A DNA stretch of 64,000 bases from Actinomycetota bacterium (lineage in GTDB: Bacteria > Actinomycetota > Coriobacteriia > Anaerosomatales > PHET01). The number at the start of each line of letters is the position of its first letter. The stretch's first letter is position 1. A program made the position numbers and the translations under genes. The notes beneath the pieces were generated by a model that saw only the letters and a list, made by a program, of their open reading frames with translations, did no database searches and was not told the origin of the DNA. The stretch spans positions 27,270-91,269 of the forward strand of contig JAJUJM010000007.1 in NCBI GenBank assembly GCA_029265315.1. The letters are read 5' to 3'. This document shows positions 31,764 through 42,100 of the stretch, piece after piece.

Positions 31764-32396
31764 CTACTTCAGCCGGACGCCCAGCGCCTCGGTCCTCTCC
31801 TGCAGGTTCACCCGAGCGATCACCTTGGTGGTCGACTCGAACACAAGCTTTGCATCGCTGGAGACGAGGAGCGCGAGGGCGACCCCCATCTTGCGCACCA
31901 CGATGACGTCGGCATCGCGCCCTTGGAAGGACGGCAACCCCTCCTCAAGTGCGCCAAGCACCATGGCTCCCTCGTCGACACTGATCTCGCCGGTCTTGAG
32001 CAGGCCGTCGACGATGAACAGCGACAGCAACTCGCCATACCGCAACAAGACGACGTCAGGGCGCACGCGGGCAAGCACTGCCACCGCCGACTCCGAGACC
32101 ACACCACGCCCTACAGCGTCTTCGACTGCGAGGCTCACGCCGGTGAGGTCAGGCGTCACCGCGTCCGCGATGTCGTCGAGCGACAGGTCCTCTGTCTTCA
32201 TGGACAGGATCCGCTCGACGCGGGCCACCATCTTGTCACGCGGGAAGAACGTCTCGGTGCCGGTGAACGTCGGCTTTCGGATGAACCAGTCCTCCGGGAT
32301 CAGACCCTTGCGCTTCCAACGGTAAAGCTGGCCGTAGCTGATACCGGTCTGTTGGAGCAGCTCCTTCTTGGAGATCAGGTCAGCGTCCATCAGCAC
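31764..32396 (-). CDS. YhbD family (DUF4004) MerR-like HTH protein
   Basis: LISKKELLQQTGISYGQLYRWKRKGLIPEDWFIRK...ETFFPR. Confidence 0.88.
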   Translation of the reverse strand: MLMDADLISKKELLQQTGISYGQLYRWKRKGLIPEDWFIRKPTFTGTETFFPRDKMVARVERILSMKTEDLSLDDIADAVTPDLTGVSLAVEDAVGRGVVSESAVAVLARVRPDVVLLRYGELLSLFIVDGLLKTGEISVDEGAMVLGALEEGLPSFQGRDADVIVVRKMGVALALLVSSDAKLVFESTTKVIARVNLQERTEALGVRLK

Positions 32397-32466
32397 ACCT
32401 CCCTCGCGCGTCGTCCGTATGCCGGCGCGAGTCCACTCTGGCGATCATACCCGTTATGACGAAAAC

Positions 32467-32484
32467 ATAACATCACATTGTTAC
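32467..32484. promoter_or_regulatory. putative YhbD operator
   Basis: TAACA-N6-TGTTA inverted repeat in an AT-rich patch upstream of yhbD. Confidence 0.45.
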
Positions 32485-32560
32485 GCATCGCAACCGCTGT
32501 ATGCCTCCCCCCTGTGGAACACCGGAGTCCGAGGCGGGCGACGACCGACGGGCTCGCGGC

Positions 32561-33091
32561 TCACAGACCGCGGGCGGGCAGGACCACGAGGTCGAAGTAG
32601 AGCGCCATCCCGAACAGCAGCGCAGCGACGGGGACGGATGCGAACGCCCAGACCCTCTCGCGGCGCACGTACTCTGCCACGCCGACCCTGTCGCAGACCC
32701 TTCGCCATGCCAGGCCGTTCGCACGGCGCGCGAACCACCACATCATCGCCAGCGTGACGCCGAGCACGACGACGGCGCCGATGATGCCGGGCACGCTGTC
32801 GCCCGCGGTCCGCAGGATGCTGTCAGCGAACAGCCAGATCGGCAGGAAGACCGCGCCGGCCCACAGTCCATGCGCCGGTCCCCACAGAGGCGGGATGAGG
32901 AAAGCCGCCAGGTTGAAGCGCGGCAGCTGCGGCACCGGATCTCCCTCACCGAGCGGGACGCGCCCCGTGACCGCCTCAGCAGGGTGACCGGCCGGGCAGG
33001 CATCAGAGGAGTCCCGTTCCACGATCCGGTCGCACAGAACGCAGTAGCCCGCTTGGCGAAGCCGGATTCCTGCGGCCTCCTCGCCAGTCAT
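32561..33091 (-). CDS. membrane protein with N-terminal Zn-ribbon-like motif
   Basis: CVLC...CPAGH; PRFNLAAFLIPPLWG (DUF2628-like); several TM helices; ATGA-coupled to the DUF554 gene. Confidence 0.7.
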   Translation of the reverse strand: MTGEEAAGIRLRQAGYCVLCDRIVERDSSDACPAGHPAEAVTGRVPLGEGDPVPQLPRFNLAAFLIPPLWGPAHGLWAGAVFLPIWLFADSILRTAGDSVPGIIGAVVVLGVTLAMMWWFARRANGLAWRRVCDRVGVAEYVRRERVWAFASVPVAALLFGMALYFDLVVLPARGL

Positions 33092-33858
33092 CCGTGCAGC
33101 ACCACCGCGAGGACCATCGCCACGAAGACCGCCGGGAGCATGTTGCCGACCGGGAGGCGCTTGATGCCGGACAGGTCCAGCCCGATCGCGGCGATGAGCG
33201 TACCGCCGGCCGCCTCTATCGCCGCCACCATCTCGGGCGTGACTCCGGACAGGCGTGACGCCGCGAGGGCGATGCCGCCCTGGATGATGAGGACGGGAAT
33301 GACGGATAGTGCCACTCCCGCACCGAGTGTCGAGGCCAACGCGATGGAAGCGAAGCCGTCGAGCATGGCCTTCAGGTACAACGTCGACGGGTCGCCCAGA
33401 CCGTCCTGGATGGAGCCGAGCACCGTCATGGCCCCCACGCAGTAGAGCAGCGACGCCGTGACGAACCCCTCCACGAGCGTGTGACCCTTCTCGCGGGGCT
33501 CGTCGGCGGCCGACTTCGCGGTCGGAGCGAGCCATGGCATCCGGTACGCGGCATCCTGCAGCCAATGCCCGAAGCGCTCGAGCCAGTACTCGATACGCAA
33601 CGCCTCGCCGATGAGCGCACCGATGACGAGCGATCCCACGAACACCAGCGCGGAGTACTCGCCCAGAAGGCCGTCCGCCTGGCCCATGTCGCCGAGGCCG
33701 CCGATGCTCATCCCGAAACCAATCACGAGGACCGCGAGACCGATAGCGCGGAAGGTGGTCTCACGCATGCGTTCTGGGATGAGCCCGCCGAAGGCCAGAC
33801 CCGCGACCGAGCCTATGAGGACCGCGACCACATTCGCGATGACGCCCAGACCCGGCAC
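33088..33858 (-). CDS. DUF554 family membrane protein
   Basis: EGFVTASLLYCVGAMTVLGSIQDG, KAMLDGFASI, NMLPA. Confidence 0.92.
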   Translation of the reverse strand: MPGLGVIANVVAVLIGSVAGLAFGGLIPERMRETTFRAIGLAVLVIGFGMSIGGLGDMGQADGLLGEYSALVFVGSLVIGALIGEALRIEYWLERFGHWLQDAAYRMPWLAPTAKSAADEPREKGHTLVEGFVTASLLYCVGAMTVLGSIQDGLGDPSTLYLKAMLDGFASIALASTLGAGVALSVIPVLIIQGGIALAASRLSGVTPEMVAAIEAAGGTLIAAIGLDLSGIKRLPVGNMLPAVFVAMVLAVVLHG

Positions 33859-33862
33859 CCAC

Positions 33863-34375
33863 TCACCCCTTCTCGTCGTCAAGCCAGAGCTCCTCGAGCT
33901 CGGCGGTGATGTCCTTCGCGCCCGGAGGCAGGCCCACCTCGCCTGCGTGAGGCGGCCGCGCCCCGCTCCGCCCTGCGCTCTGGCCTGGGCCCTTTCCGGC
34001 GCCGATGCGCGTTCCGACGAAAAGCGCGGAGACGTCACGATACTCCACATGGCGCCCCACGTCTTGCGACAGACGGGCGCGCAGCCGCAGATCGGCGGTG
34101 TAGACGGCCACCTGGCCTGTCGCCGACGCCGCCCGACGCACGATCTCGGTGTCTGCGTCTGCGGCGTAGACCACACGCACGGCACCGTGGCTCTCCGCGC
34201 TGGCCCCGAGCGACTCGCGCGCGTCGAACACGACGACGACCCGGCCCTTCGGCGCGATGCGCCCGGCAATCGCACGCAGGCGCTGCGTCAGGGCTTCACG
34301 CTGCGCCTGCTTCGAACGATCAGCTAGCGCCGGGTCGCGCATCGTGACGTTGTAGCCGTCGACGAGGACGAGCAT
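33863..34375 (-). CDS. NYN/YacP-like PIN-fold ribonuclease
   Basis: LVDGYNV, VVVFDA, ADTEI, VYTAD. Confidence 0.82.
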   Translation of the reverse strand: MLVLVDGYNVTMRDPALADRSKQAQREALTQRLRAIAGRIAPKGRVVVVFDARESLGASAESHGAVRVVYAADADTEIVRRAASATGQVAVYTADLRLRARLSQDVGRHVEYRDVSALFVGTRIGAGKGPGQSAGRSGARPPHAGEVGLPPGAKDITAELEELWLDDEKG

Positions 34376-34392
34376 CGCGGGGCCGCCCGGTC

Positions 34393-35583
34393 TCACACGC
34401 CCGGGTCGCCGAAGTAGCGCCAGTAGATGAGCCAGAACGACATCGTGCCGCTCAGGTGCGGCGTGTAGCGGAAGAGCCCGTACGTGGCCGCATTGGTCGG
34501 ATGGATGACGCTGCCGTCGATCGTCATCGAGATGCCCGGCCGCCACCCGCGCCCCAGGTTGGCGAGCTTCTCGGCGCCACACCAGACCTGCATGCCGAAG
34601 CCTTCGTACTTCGTGAAGGTGCGGCTGTCCGTCTTGCCACAGCCCATCGCCCAATCGTACGCCGTCTGGGTCGGGCGAACGCGCGTGAGCAGTGATTGCT
34701 CCTTCTGCAGCGTGGCCAGCACCACCTTCGGGCTCACCCCCCAGCGCACGGAAGCCTCGTGGATGATCTCGGCAGCCGACTTCTCGACGCCGGTATGGTC
34801 CTTGGCCCGGTAGCGCGCGAGGGTACCCGGCTGGCTCTCAAGGAACTGCTGGACCTGCTCCAAGGTCATCGATCGGGTGTCGCGGAAGACCTCCTCGGCG
34901 ATGACGGTGTTGGGGTTGAAGCCGTCCTTTGAGACCACGGCTCCTGCCGTGGGCTCCCACATCAGTCGCGCGAGGTCGATCTTGATCTGCGCCGCCCGTG
35001 CCTCGGATGCCGCCATGTCACTCTCGATCCGCGACCGCTGCTCGTCAGCACGCCTTTGCAGCTCCGAGAGCTTGTCCATCTTGTTGTACAGGCCCTCTTG
35101 GAGCCACATGTTCTCGGAGCGCACCAGGCGCACATCGTTGATGAGCCTCACATCACGCTCGCCGATCATCGCGAGGTAGGTCGTCCGTACCCACAGGTCC
35201 TGAAACGTCTGCGCAGTGAAGAGCAGGCGGAGCATCTCCATTCGATCGCCTCGATAGAGCTCCACCGCGCGCCGCGTCAACGCGCTCTGCGCCTCTTCAA
35301 GCTCGACCTGCAAAGCGGCGAGCTCGGTGGTCACCTGCGAGATGTCGGCCTTCGTGCGTTCGATCTCCCTGCTGACCTCAAGGTAGTCCGCCACAGCCAC
35401 GCCCAGGTCCAGCTTCAGCTGTTCCAGCTCCTCCCGGACCGCCGCCTCCTCGGCCTTCTTGGCTTCGATGGCGGCGGTTTTGTCACCGGGATCCGGCGGC
35501 GCGGCCGATCCCACCCCGGGCACGGCGAGGACAGCCGCCAGAACGGCGGCGAGGAGCATCCACGTGTGTACCCGACGGCTCAC
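34393..35583 (-). CDS. secreted PcsB-like coiled-coil protein with putative lysozyme-like C-terminal domain
   Basis: Signal peptide; heptad coiled coil (RRAVELYR...LFTAQTFQDL); IIHEASVRWGVSPKVVLATLQKEQSL; start uncertain. Confidence 0.7.
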   Translation of the reverse strand: MSRRVHTWMLLAAVLAAVLAVPGVGSAAPPDPGDKTAAIEAKKAEEAAVREELEQLKLDLGVAVADYLEVSREIERTKADISQVTTELAALQVELEEAQSALTRRAVELYRGDRMEMLRLLFTAQTFQDLWVRTTYLAMIGERDVRLINDVRLVRSENMWLQEGLYNKMDKLSELQRRADEQRSRIESDMAASEARAAQIKIDLARLMWEPTAGAVVSKDGFNPNTVIAEEVFRDTRSMTLEQVQQFLESQPGTLARYRAKDHTGVEKSAAEIIHEASVRWGVSPKVVLATLQKEQSLLTRVRPTQTAYDWAMGCGKTDSRTFTKYEGFGMQVWCGAEKLANLGRGWRPGISMTIDGSVIHPTNAATYGLFRYTPHLSGTMSFWLIYWRYFGDPGV

Positions 35584-35676
35584 GATCGTCTCACTGGCTC
35601 CCGAGCGATGCGCACACGCTGCTTCATCGCGACAAAACTGCAGGTCGTATGCCACAAGAGGGTACCACGCCCAACA

Positions 35677-36912
35677 TCAGCGAGACGTTCTCAGCGCAGG
35701 CGCGCCTGCCAGCATCACTGCGCACAGGATGGCGCCCGCCGCCCCGTATCCGAACGTCGCCCAAGGGCCGATCGCTGACCACAACACGCCGGCGATGCTG
35801 CTGGCCACGAGCGTGGCGACTCCCGCCACGAGGCCGTGCAGACCTATCGCGGAAGCTCTCTGGCTCGCCGGAACAAGGTCGACGGCGAACGCCTTGCCAA
35901 CGCCTTCGGTCGCCGCGATGTACAGTCCGTAGACGCCGAACAGCGCGACGAGCTGCTGCCACGTCGAAGCGACGGCGAAGCCCGCATACACGGCTGCGAA
36001 GATCACCAGTCCGCCGATCAAGACTCGACGACGCCCCACACGGTCGGAAAGCGACCCGAGCCTCGGGGACGCGAGCGCGTATGTGACGTTGTACAGCACG
36101 TACAACAGCACCGTCGACGTCGTGGAGAGCCCGATGTCTTTCGCCTTGAGGATGAGGAACACATCGCTTGAGTTGGTCACGGCGAACGTCCCCCACGCGG
36201 CGAGGTACCAACGCAACGGAGGGTTGAACGCCCTCGCTTCGAATCGTGCTGCGGATCCAGCGTCGGCGGACTTGGCCGGTTGGTCCCTGAGCTGCAGGAC
36301 CAGAACGACACTCACCACGGCGGGTAGCGTCGCAAGCCATATCACGAGCCGGACGTCACCTCTGGTCCACCAGAGCAGCAGCAGACACAGCAGCGCGCCG
36401 ACGACCGCACCCGAGGTGTCGAGTGCGCGGTGCCATCCGAAGGCGAGACCTCTGTCAGCCTCGTCGACCGCATCAGCCAGGTAGGCGTCGCGCGGTCCGG
36501 TCCTGATGCCCTTGCCGAGCCGGTCAACGCCTCGGGCGAGCAATACGAACGGCCACGCTGGCGACAGTGCGATCAGCGGCTTGCCGAGCGCTGAGAGTCC
36601 GTAGCCCCACGCCATGAACGGGACACGGCGGCCCCGTCGATCAGAGAACCTGCCGGCAAGCGGACGGACCAGCGACGAGACAGCTTCCGCCACGCCCTCG
36701 ATGACGCCGACCACAGCGACCGGGGCGCCGAGCACCGTCGTCAGGAGAATCGGGGTCAGCGGGTAGAGCATCTCCGACGATATGTCAGCGAAGAACGAGA
36801 CGAGGCCGGTCCGGCGCACCGAAGAAGGGAGTCTCCTCAGGCCGGCGAGGCCCTGATGCGGGCTACCGGGTGCTTCTCGCGGCGTTCCCATGGATCCGCC
36901 TGTTCCCGTCAT
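35677..36912 (-). CDS. MFS transporter
   Basis: GRFSDRRGRR, GSLSDRVGRR, DRLGKGIRTGPRDA; about 12 TM segments. Confidence 0.93.
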   Translation of the reverse strand: MTGTGGSMGTPREAPGSPHQGLAGLRRLPSSVRRTGLVSFFADISSEMLYPLTPILLTTVLGAPVAVVGVIEGVAEAVSSLVRPLAGRFSDRRGRRVPFMAWGYGLSALGKPLIALSPAWPFVLLARGVDRLGKGIRTGPRDAYLADAVDEADRGLAFGWHRALDTSGAVVGALLCLLLLWWTRGDVRLVIWLATLPAVVSVVLVLQLRDQPAKSADAGSAARFEARAFNPPLRWYLAAWGTFAVTNSSDVFLILKAKDIGLSTTSTVLLYVLYNVTYALASPRLGSLSDRVGRRRVLIGGLVIFAAVYAGFAVASTWQQLVALFGVYGLYIAATEGVGKAFAVDLVPASQRASAIGLHGLVAGVATLVASSIAGVLWSAIGPWATFGYGAAGAILCAVMLAGAPALRTSR

Positions 36913-36941
36913 CGATGGAGTCAGCCGAACACTCTGGAGCT

Positions 36942-37283
36942 TCAGCCGCGACCGCCGTCTGAGTAGCGATACACGTGGACGTCTTCGACGATGATCATCC
37001 CGCCGCTCATCATCTCGTCGATCTTCGGCAAGACCGCATCAACCCGTTCGGGCGTATCGGCGAAGATGATCACGACAGGCAGGTCCTGTGAGAGCACGAG
37101 GATGTTCGCGGTGTGGACCCTACTCGCCGCCCCGAACCCTTCCACGCCCTTCAGGACGGTCGCACCGGCGCAACCCTCGCGCCGGAGCATCTGGACGATC
37201 GCGTCATAGAGAGCGTGATGCCCGTAGCGATCCGACTCACCTATGTGGATCGTGACGCGCTTACCGGGTCCCTCGATGTGCAT
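36942..37283 (-). CDS. DUF190 (PII-like) protein
   Basis: IHIGESD, GATVLKGVEGFG, LSQDLPV; typical crcB partner. Confidence 0.92.
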   Translation of the reverse strand: MHIEGPGKRVTIHIGESDRYGHHALYDAIVQMLRREGCAGATVLKGVEGFGAASRVHTANILVLSQDLPVVIIFADTPERVDAVLPKIDEMMSGGMIIVEDVHVYRYSDGGRG

Positions 37284-37292
37284 GAGTCCCTC

Positions 37293-37673
37293 CTAGACCA
37301 GTCGACCGACGACGAGGCCCGCCAGGACGGCGACGAGACCGACCAGCCCCGAGCCGAACATGTTGAGCACACCCGCCGTCCACAGGCCCCGCTCCATCAG
37401 TGCCATGCTCTCGTAGGAGAGTGTCGAGAACGTGGTGTAACCGCCGAGTATCCCCACGCCCAGGAACAGGCGACCGTGCGCGGGCAGAAGCCCCCGCTCG
37501 ACCGATGTCGCCATCACGATGCCCAGCAGGAACGCTCCGGTGATGTTGATGACGAACGTGTGCCAAGGAAACGACGTGCCCCACCTCTCCGCGATGACCG
37601 TCCCCAGAACATAGCGGGCACCCCCTCCTATGCCGGCTCCGATCACCACGACCGCGATGTCGCTCAGCTTCAT
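37293..37673 (-). CDS. crcB: fluoride efflux channel Fluc
   Basis: GAGIGGGARY, PWHTFVINITG, GILGGYTTFSTLSYE. Confidence 0.95.
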   Translation of the reverse strand: MKLSDIAVVVIGAGIGGGARYVLGTVIAERWGTSFPWHTFVINITGAFLLGIVMATSVERGLLPAHGRLFLGVGILGGYTTFSTLSYESMALMERGLWTAGVLNMFGSGLVGLVAVLAGLVVGRLV

Positions 37674-37691
37674 CTTGCCTCCAGAGAACAG

Positions 37692-37728
37692 AAAAGCCTC
37701 TACACGCAGACACCCACGTGTAGGAGCC
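37692..37728 (-). terminator. riboswitch-coupled intrinsic terminator
   Basis: GGCTCCTACACG...CGTGTAGAGGC followed by TTTT; 5' arm overlaps the aptamer 3' end. Confidence 0.75.
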
Positions 37729-37767
37729 ATCAGCCGGAGCGGTTCAGTAGGCGAGCCCCATCGCCTG
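37719..37767 (-). ncRNA. fluoride (crcB) riboswitch
   Basis: AGGCGATGGGGCTCGCCT-ACTGAACCGC...GCTGATGGCTCCTAC matches the known pattern; upstream of crcB; -10 TAGACT at 37775-37780. Confidence 0.92.
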
Positions 37768-37973
37768 TGGGCCCAGTCTACCTGACGAGCGCCGGAGGTG
37801 ACACGGGGCGACGATGACCCGCTGGTGACCAGCGAACGACCTGAAGACGCGACCAAGTGGCTCAGTTCGCGAAGAGTGAGCAGGTGACGTGTGTCTTGGT
37901 CGCGATACGAAGCCGTAGACGAACCAGGACCAAGAGCCGCACCTCTGAACAGGAACCGCAGCTCAAGACAGGA

Positions 37974-38000
37974 GAAAGCCCCGGTCTTGCGACCGAGGCT
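37974..38000 (-). terminator. terminator after tRNA-Phe
   Basis: AGCCTCGGTC-GCAA-GACCGGGGCT followed by TTC. Confidence 0.65.
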
Positions 38001-38013
38001 CCCGACAAGTCGA

Positions 38014-38089
38014 TGGTGGCCAGAGACGGACTTGAACCGCCGACACGGGGATTTTCAGTCCCCTGCTCTACCAACTGAGCTACCTGGCC
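38014..38089 (-). tRNA. tRNA-Phe (anticodon GAA)
   Basis: GGCCAGGTAGCTCAGTTGGTAGAGC...GACTGAAAATC...GGTTCAAGTCC...TGGCCACCA; promoter TTGACG-N17-TACCAT at 38105-38133. Confidence 0.97.
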
Positions 38090-38137
38090 ATTGCGTGCCC
38101 ACGTATGGTAGCCACGCGCAGGGAGCGCGTCAATCGC

Positions 38138-39199
38138 TCATCGCGAGTCCTGACCCCGGCGCAGCCTCAACACCTGCACCCGATGGTTCTCCTTATCGGT
38201 CACGAGAACCAGGTCGCCGGCTACATCGACATCGTTGGGATACTGGAAGCGCCCCGGCCTCGTGCCCTGTGTCCCCCACCGGCGGACGAGGGCGCCATTG
38301 GCATCAAGCTCCCCAAGCGAGAAGCTGAACGCATCGGCGACCAACACGCCGCCGTCATCCATCGCGCTGATCCCACGAGGCAGGCCGAACAAGCGCCTAT
38401 CCGAGTCCCCGCCGGCCGTCTGCCACAGCACGGTACCGCTTGCATCGACCGCCAAGGCCCGAAAGCGATTGGTGTCTGAGAGGTAGATGGTGCCATCACG
38501 CCCCAGCGCGACCCCGTTCGGGCGCGCGAGCGCGTCAGCCTTGCCCGCGATCCGCAGTCGTCCACGTGAGCCGCCGTTCAGGGTGAAGACCTCAACGCCA
38601 GTCTCGTCAGTGACGTAGACATCCCGCTCGCCGACGGCTACATCGGTGGGGCGCCAGTCGGTCACACCGGGAGGGGCGAACGTCCGGACGAAACGGCCGG
38701 CCGCGTCATAGATCGCGACTCGCCCGCCCCGCAGGTCCGCGACGTAGACTGCGCCGAGCTCGCTCACGTCAAGCCCGACCGGCATCTGAAGCGGCTTCAC
38801 GCTGGCTCCGCGCGGGGCTGCGACGGTACCGGGACCACCGAACTCCCGCAGAAATCGCCCATCGCGAGCGAACTCACAGATGCGCCCGTTGCCTGTGTCA
38901 GACACGAGGATGGTGCCACCGAGACCCCACGCGGCGGCCAGCGGGCGCACGAAGGTCGGCTGCGCACCGATGCCTGGACCCTCGATGATGCGAACGACGG
39001 TGAGCGGCGGCGGGCCCGGGTCGAGCAAGTCCAGATAGTCTGCGATGAGGGCGGTGATCAAGGCGAGCATGGTGAGCGAGACCAGCCCGAAGACGACACG
39101 GCGGCGCGTCGAACGCAACCGGTCCCGGGTCCGTTGCGCGCGGCTCACCCCGTCTATCACGGGCCCGTCCCCGGCTGGGGGCCTCACTTCTCGTGTCAC
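38138..39199 (-). CDS. membrane-anchored NHL-repeat beta-propeller protein
   Basis: N-terminal TM helix; VSDTGNGRI, PVGLDV, PNGVAL, PRGIS, FQYPNDV, TDKENHRVQ; GTGA-coupled to the cytochrome gene. Confidence 0.88.
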   Translation of the reverse strand: MTREVRPPAGDGPVIDGVSRAQRTRDRLRSTRRRVVFGLVSLTMLALITALIADYLDLLDPGPPPLTVVRIIEGPGIGAQPTFVRPLAAAWGLGGTILVSDTGNGRICEFARDGRFLREFGGPGTVAAPRGASVKPLQMPVGLDVSELGAVYVADLRGGRVAIYDAAGRFVRTFAPPGVTDWRPTDVAVGERDVYVTDETGVEVFTLNGGSRGRLRIAGKADALARPNGVALGRDGTIYLSDTNRFRALAVDASGTVLWQTAGGDSDRRLFGLPRGISAMDDGGVLVADAFSFSLGELDANGALVRRWGTQGTRPGRFQYPNDVDVAGDLVLVTDKENHRVQVLRLRRGQDSR

Positions 39200-42100
39200 A
39201 GGCCCGTCCCCGCGTGGGCGTGACACCCGCCCGCGGTGCAGTCGATCGGCCAGACGGTGAGATCGGCGCCGCCTTCCGTCGCATCGGGATGCGTCGTGGG
39301 ACCGACGATGTGACAAGAGCCACAGAAGAAGCGCAGGTCGGCCCCGGAGCCGACGGGCACGACCGTGAGTCCGTCGACGACCACCGGCGTCCCGGACGCC
39401 GCCACCGATTCCGCCAATCCCCAACGGTTCGACGAACCATGCGGGTCGTGACACACCTCGCACGACAAGGGGTCGCCGGGAGCGTAGTTCATGTCGGGAC
39501 GCAGGTGACTCGGCGAGGAGACGGCTTCTCCGTGCGCTGCGGTCGCCCACGTGGTCGCGATGTTCGACACGGTCGCAGAGCCACCGGGCCCAAGGGGCAC
39601 CGGCGCCCACCCGGAGGTCTCCGCCGACGTGGGAAGCTCGGTGTCATGGCAGCGCAGGCACAGCCCGACGACCGTGCCGGTCCAACCGCCCGCGGTGCTC
39701 GGATCGTCCGGATCGACGGTCGGGGTGCCCGGCGCCGAGACGTGCGGCTCGTGACAGTTCGCACACGTGATCATGGAACCGTTGGTGGTCTGATCGGCCT
39801 CGAGCAGGTCGTGCCGCGTGGTGGAGTCAGCTCCGGACAGACTAGCCGCGACGTCAGCGGCCCCCGGCAGCGAGTACGCGGCCGAGTGACACCAGACGCA
39901 GCGCTGGTCGGCGCTGTAGGGCACGAGTGCGGACTCACGCGTGGCGTGACCCCGGTGGCAAGCAAGACACACGACCTCGACCGCGTCAGCCGGAGCGGGA
40001 ACACTCGCACGGTGGCCCGATGATTCGAAGACGGTCATGTCCCCGCGCGGCAGCGTCGTGGCCACCCCATGGCAGGCGTAGCAGATCGCATTGCCGGTCC
40101 TGACGCCGCCGGGTGCGTACAGCAGCTTGCCCAGCTCAGGTCCGCCGTTGTCGTTGTGCGGCGTATGGCACTGGCCACACCGCAGCACCGTCACCGTGTT
40201 CTCGACCGAGACGGGATGTCTGCTGGTCATGGCCGGGTCTGAGAAATCGTCGAACACGTCAGGCGCCGACGTGCCATCGTGACAGCTCAGGCACAGAGCG
40301 ATCTCGTTGTCGCCCGGCGTGGTCAGGAGCGCGAGCGAGTTGGCCGACGTGTGCGAACGGTGGCACAGCGCGCAGTCATCGGTGAACGGGTCGTACTCAC
40401 CATGCGGCGAGTCCGTGACGTCGTCACTCAGCGTGTGGACGAACACCCCGAGTCCGGTAGCACCCACCACGCCCGACGAATCGACTGCGGCCACCCGGTA
40501 CCAGTAGTCGGTGTCGATTGCGGTCGTCGTGTCCAAGTACGACGTGGCGCTGATGGCAGGCGAAGTGATGAGCGAGGGCGCGCCTGTGCTTGTGGTGGAG
40601 CGGTACAGCAGGTATCCCGTCGCGCCCGGCAGCGCAGTCCAGCTCGTCTCGACGCCTGCCGTCGCGGCGTGCGCCCGCAGGCCGATCGGAGCCGGCAGTG
40701 CAGTGAGCGTCGTCACGGCCGATGTCGCCTCCGCGCTCGCCGTGCCCTCGCCGCGAGCGTCGGTGACCGCCACCCGGTACGACGCGAGAACCGGTGCGAC
40801 GAGACTGGTGTCGACCCACGAGCCGGGATAGCTGACCGGTACCGTGGCCACGAGCGAGTAGGGGCCTCCGTCAAGCGCTCGGTAGATGCGGTAGGCGACC
40901 GGGCCAACCGTGCCGGTCGTCTCGCCCCAGTTCAGGTACACCGCGTTGCGGTAGGCGGTGCGAGCGAACACGATTGCGGGCGGGCGCGGCAGCTCGCCCA
41001 GCGTGAAGCTTTCCGCCGGGTCCGACTCGCCCGAGACGTTCCCGGCCACATCGTACGCGCGAACCGTGAACGTCGTCTCGGTCTCTGGCGTGAGGCCAGT
41101 GAGTGTGATCGCGGGCACCGCACTCGTGCCGACCACGGACCCGTCTTGCAGCACCTCGTAGTACGCGACTCCGGATGTGGTGTCATACGACGGCGCCCAC
41201 GTGAGAGTCGCGGTCGTAGACGTCACCGAAGCGGCCAACAGCGTCGGCGTGGTCGGTGCTCCTCGATCGTGCTTCACCACGACAGTCCGGGTGGTCTCGC
41301 GGTTGCCACCGGGGTCGATGGAGTAGTAAGCGATCGTGATGGTGCCTTCACGAGTCATCGTGAAGGGAGTCGAGTACGTCGTCCACGGCCCCGACACCCC
41401 GTTCAGGCTGTAGTACGTGATGGCCGGCTCCGTGGTCGAGAAGCTGACGTCAGGCGACGTGAGGTACCAGCCGTTCGTGCCATCGGGGTCGGCTGGGTCC
41501 AGAGTGACCGTCGTCTCGGGTGCTGAGGCGTCTGTGGTGCGCAGGATCGTACCTGCGAGGCCGACTATGACGCCTTGATCAGGGCTGGCGAAATCAACGG
41601 CGCGCAGCGTTGTCGCGGTACCGGGGTTCTGGAGGGTCCACGTGGCCCCGCCGTCGGTCGTGCGTCGAACCACCGATACCACGCCGGACGAGGCGCCCAC
41701 ATACCAGCCGTTGAGCGCATCCTCGAATCGTATGGCGTTCAGAGCCGCCGTCACACCTGTTGGCACCGTGGTCCACGTGGTACCGCCGTCGGTCGTCCTG
41801 ATCAGGGTGCCGGTGTCACCGACGGCCCAAGCGGTCTGTGTGTCCACGGCGGATACCGCGCGAAGAATGCGTCCCACCGGCAGTGACGTGGTCTGGGTCG
41901 TCCACGTCGAACCACCGTCCACCGTCTTAAGCACCGCGGCGGGCTGTCCGGCCACACCACCGACCGCCCACCCTGTGTTCGCATCGGCGAACGAGATCCC
42001 GTTCAGCGCGACCGATGTCGCTATCGAGGAGGGGGTCTGAGTCGTCCACGTCGAACCGCCATCAGTGGTTCGACCCAGCGTGGCATCGCCCGCGGCGTAC

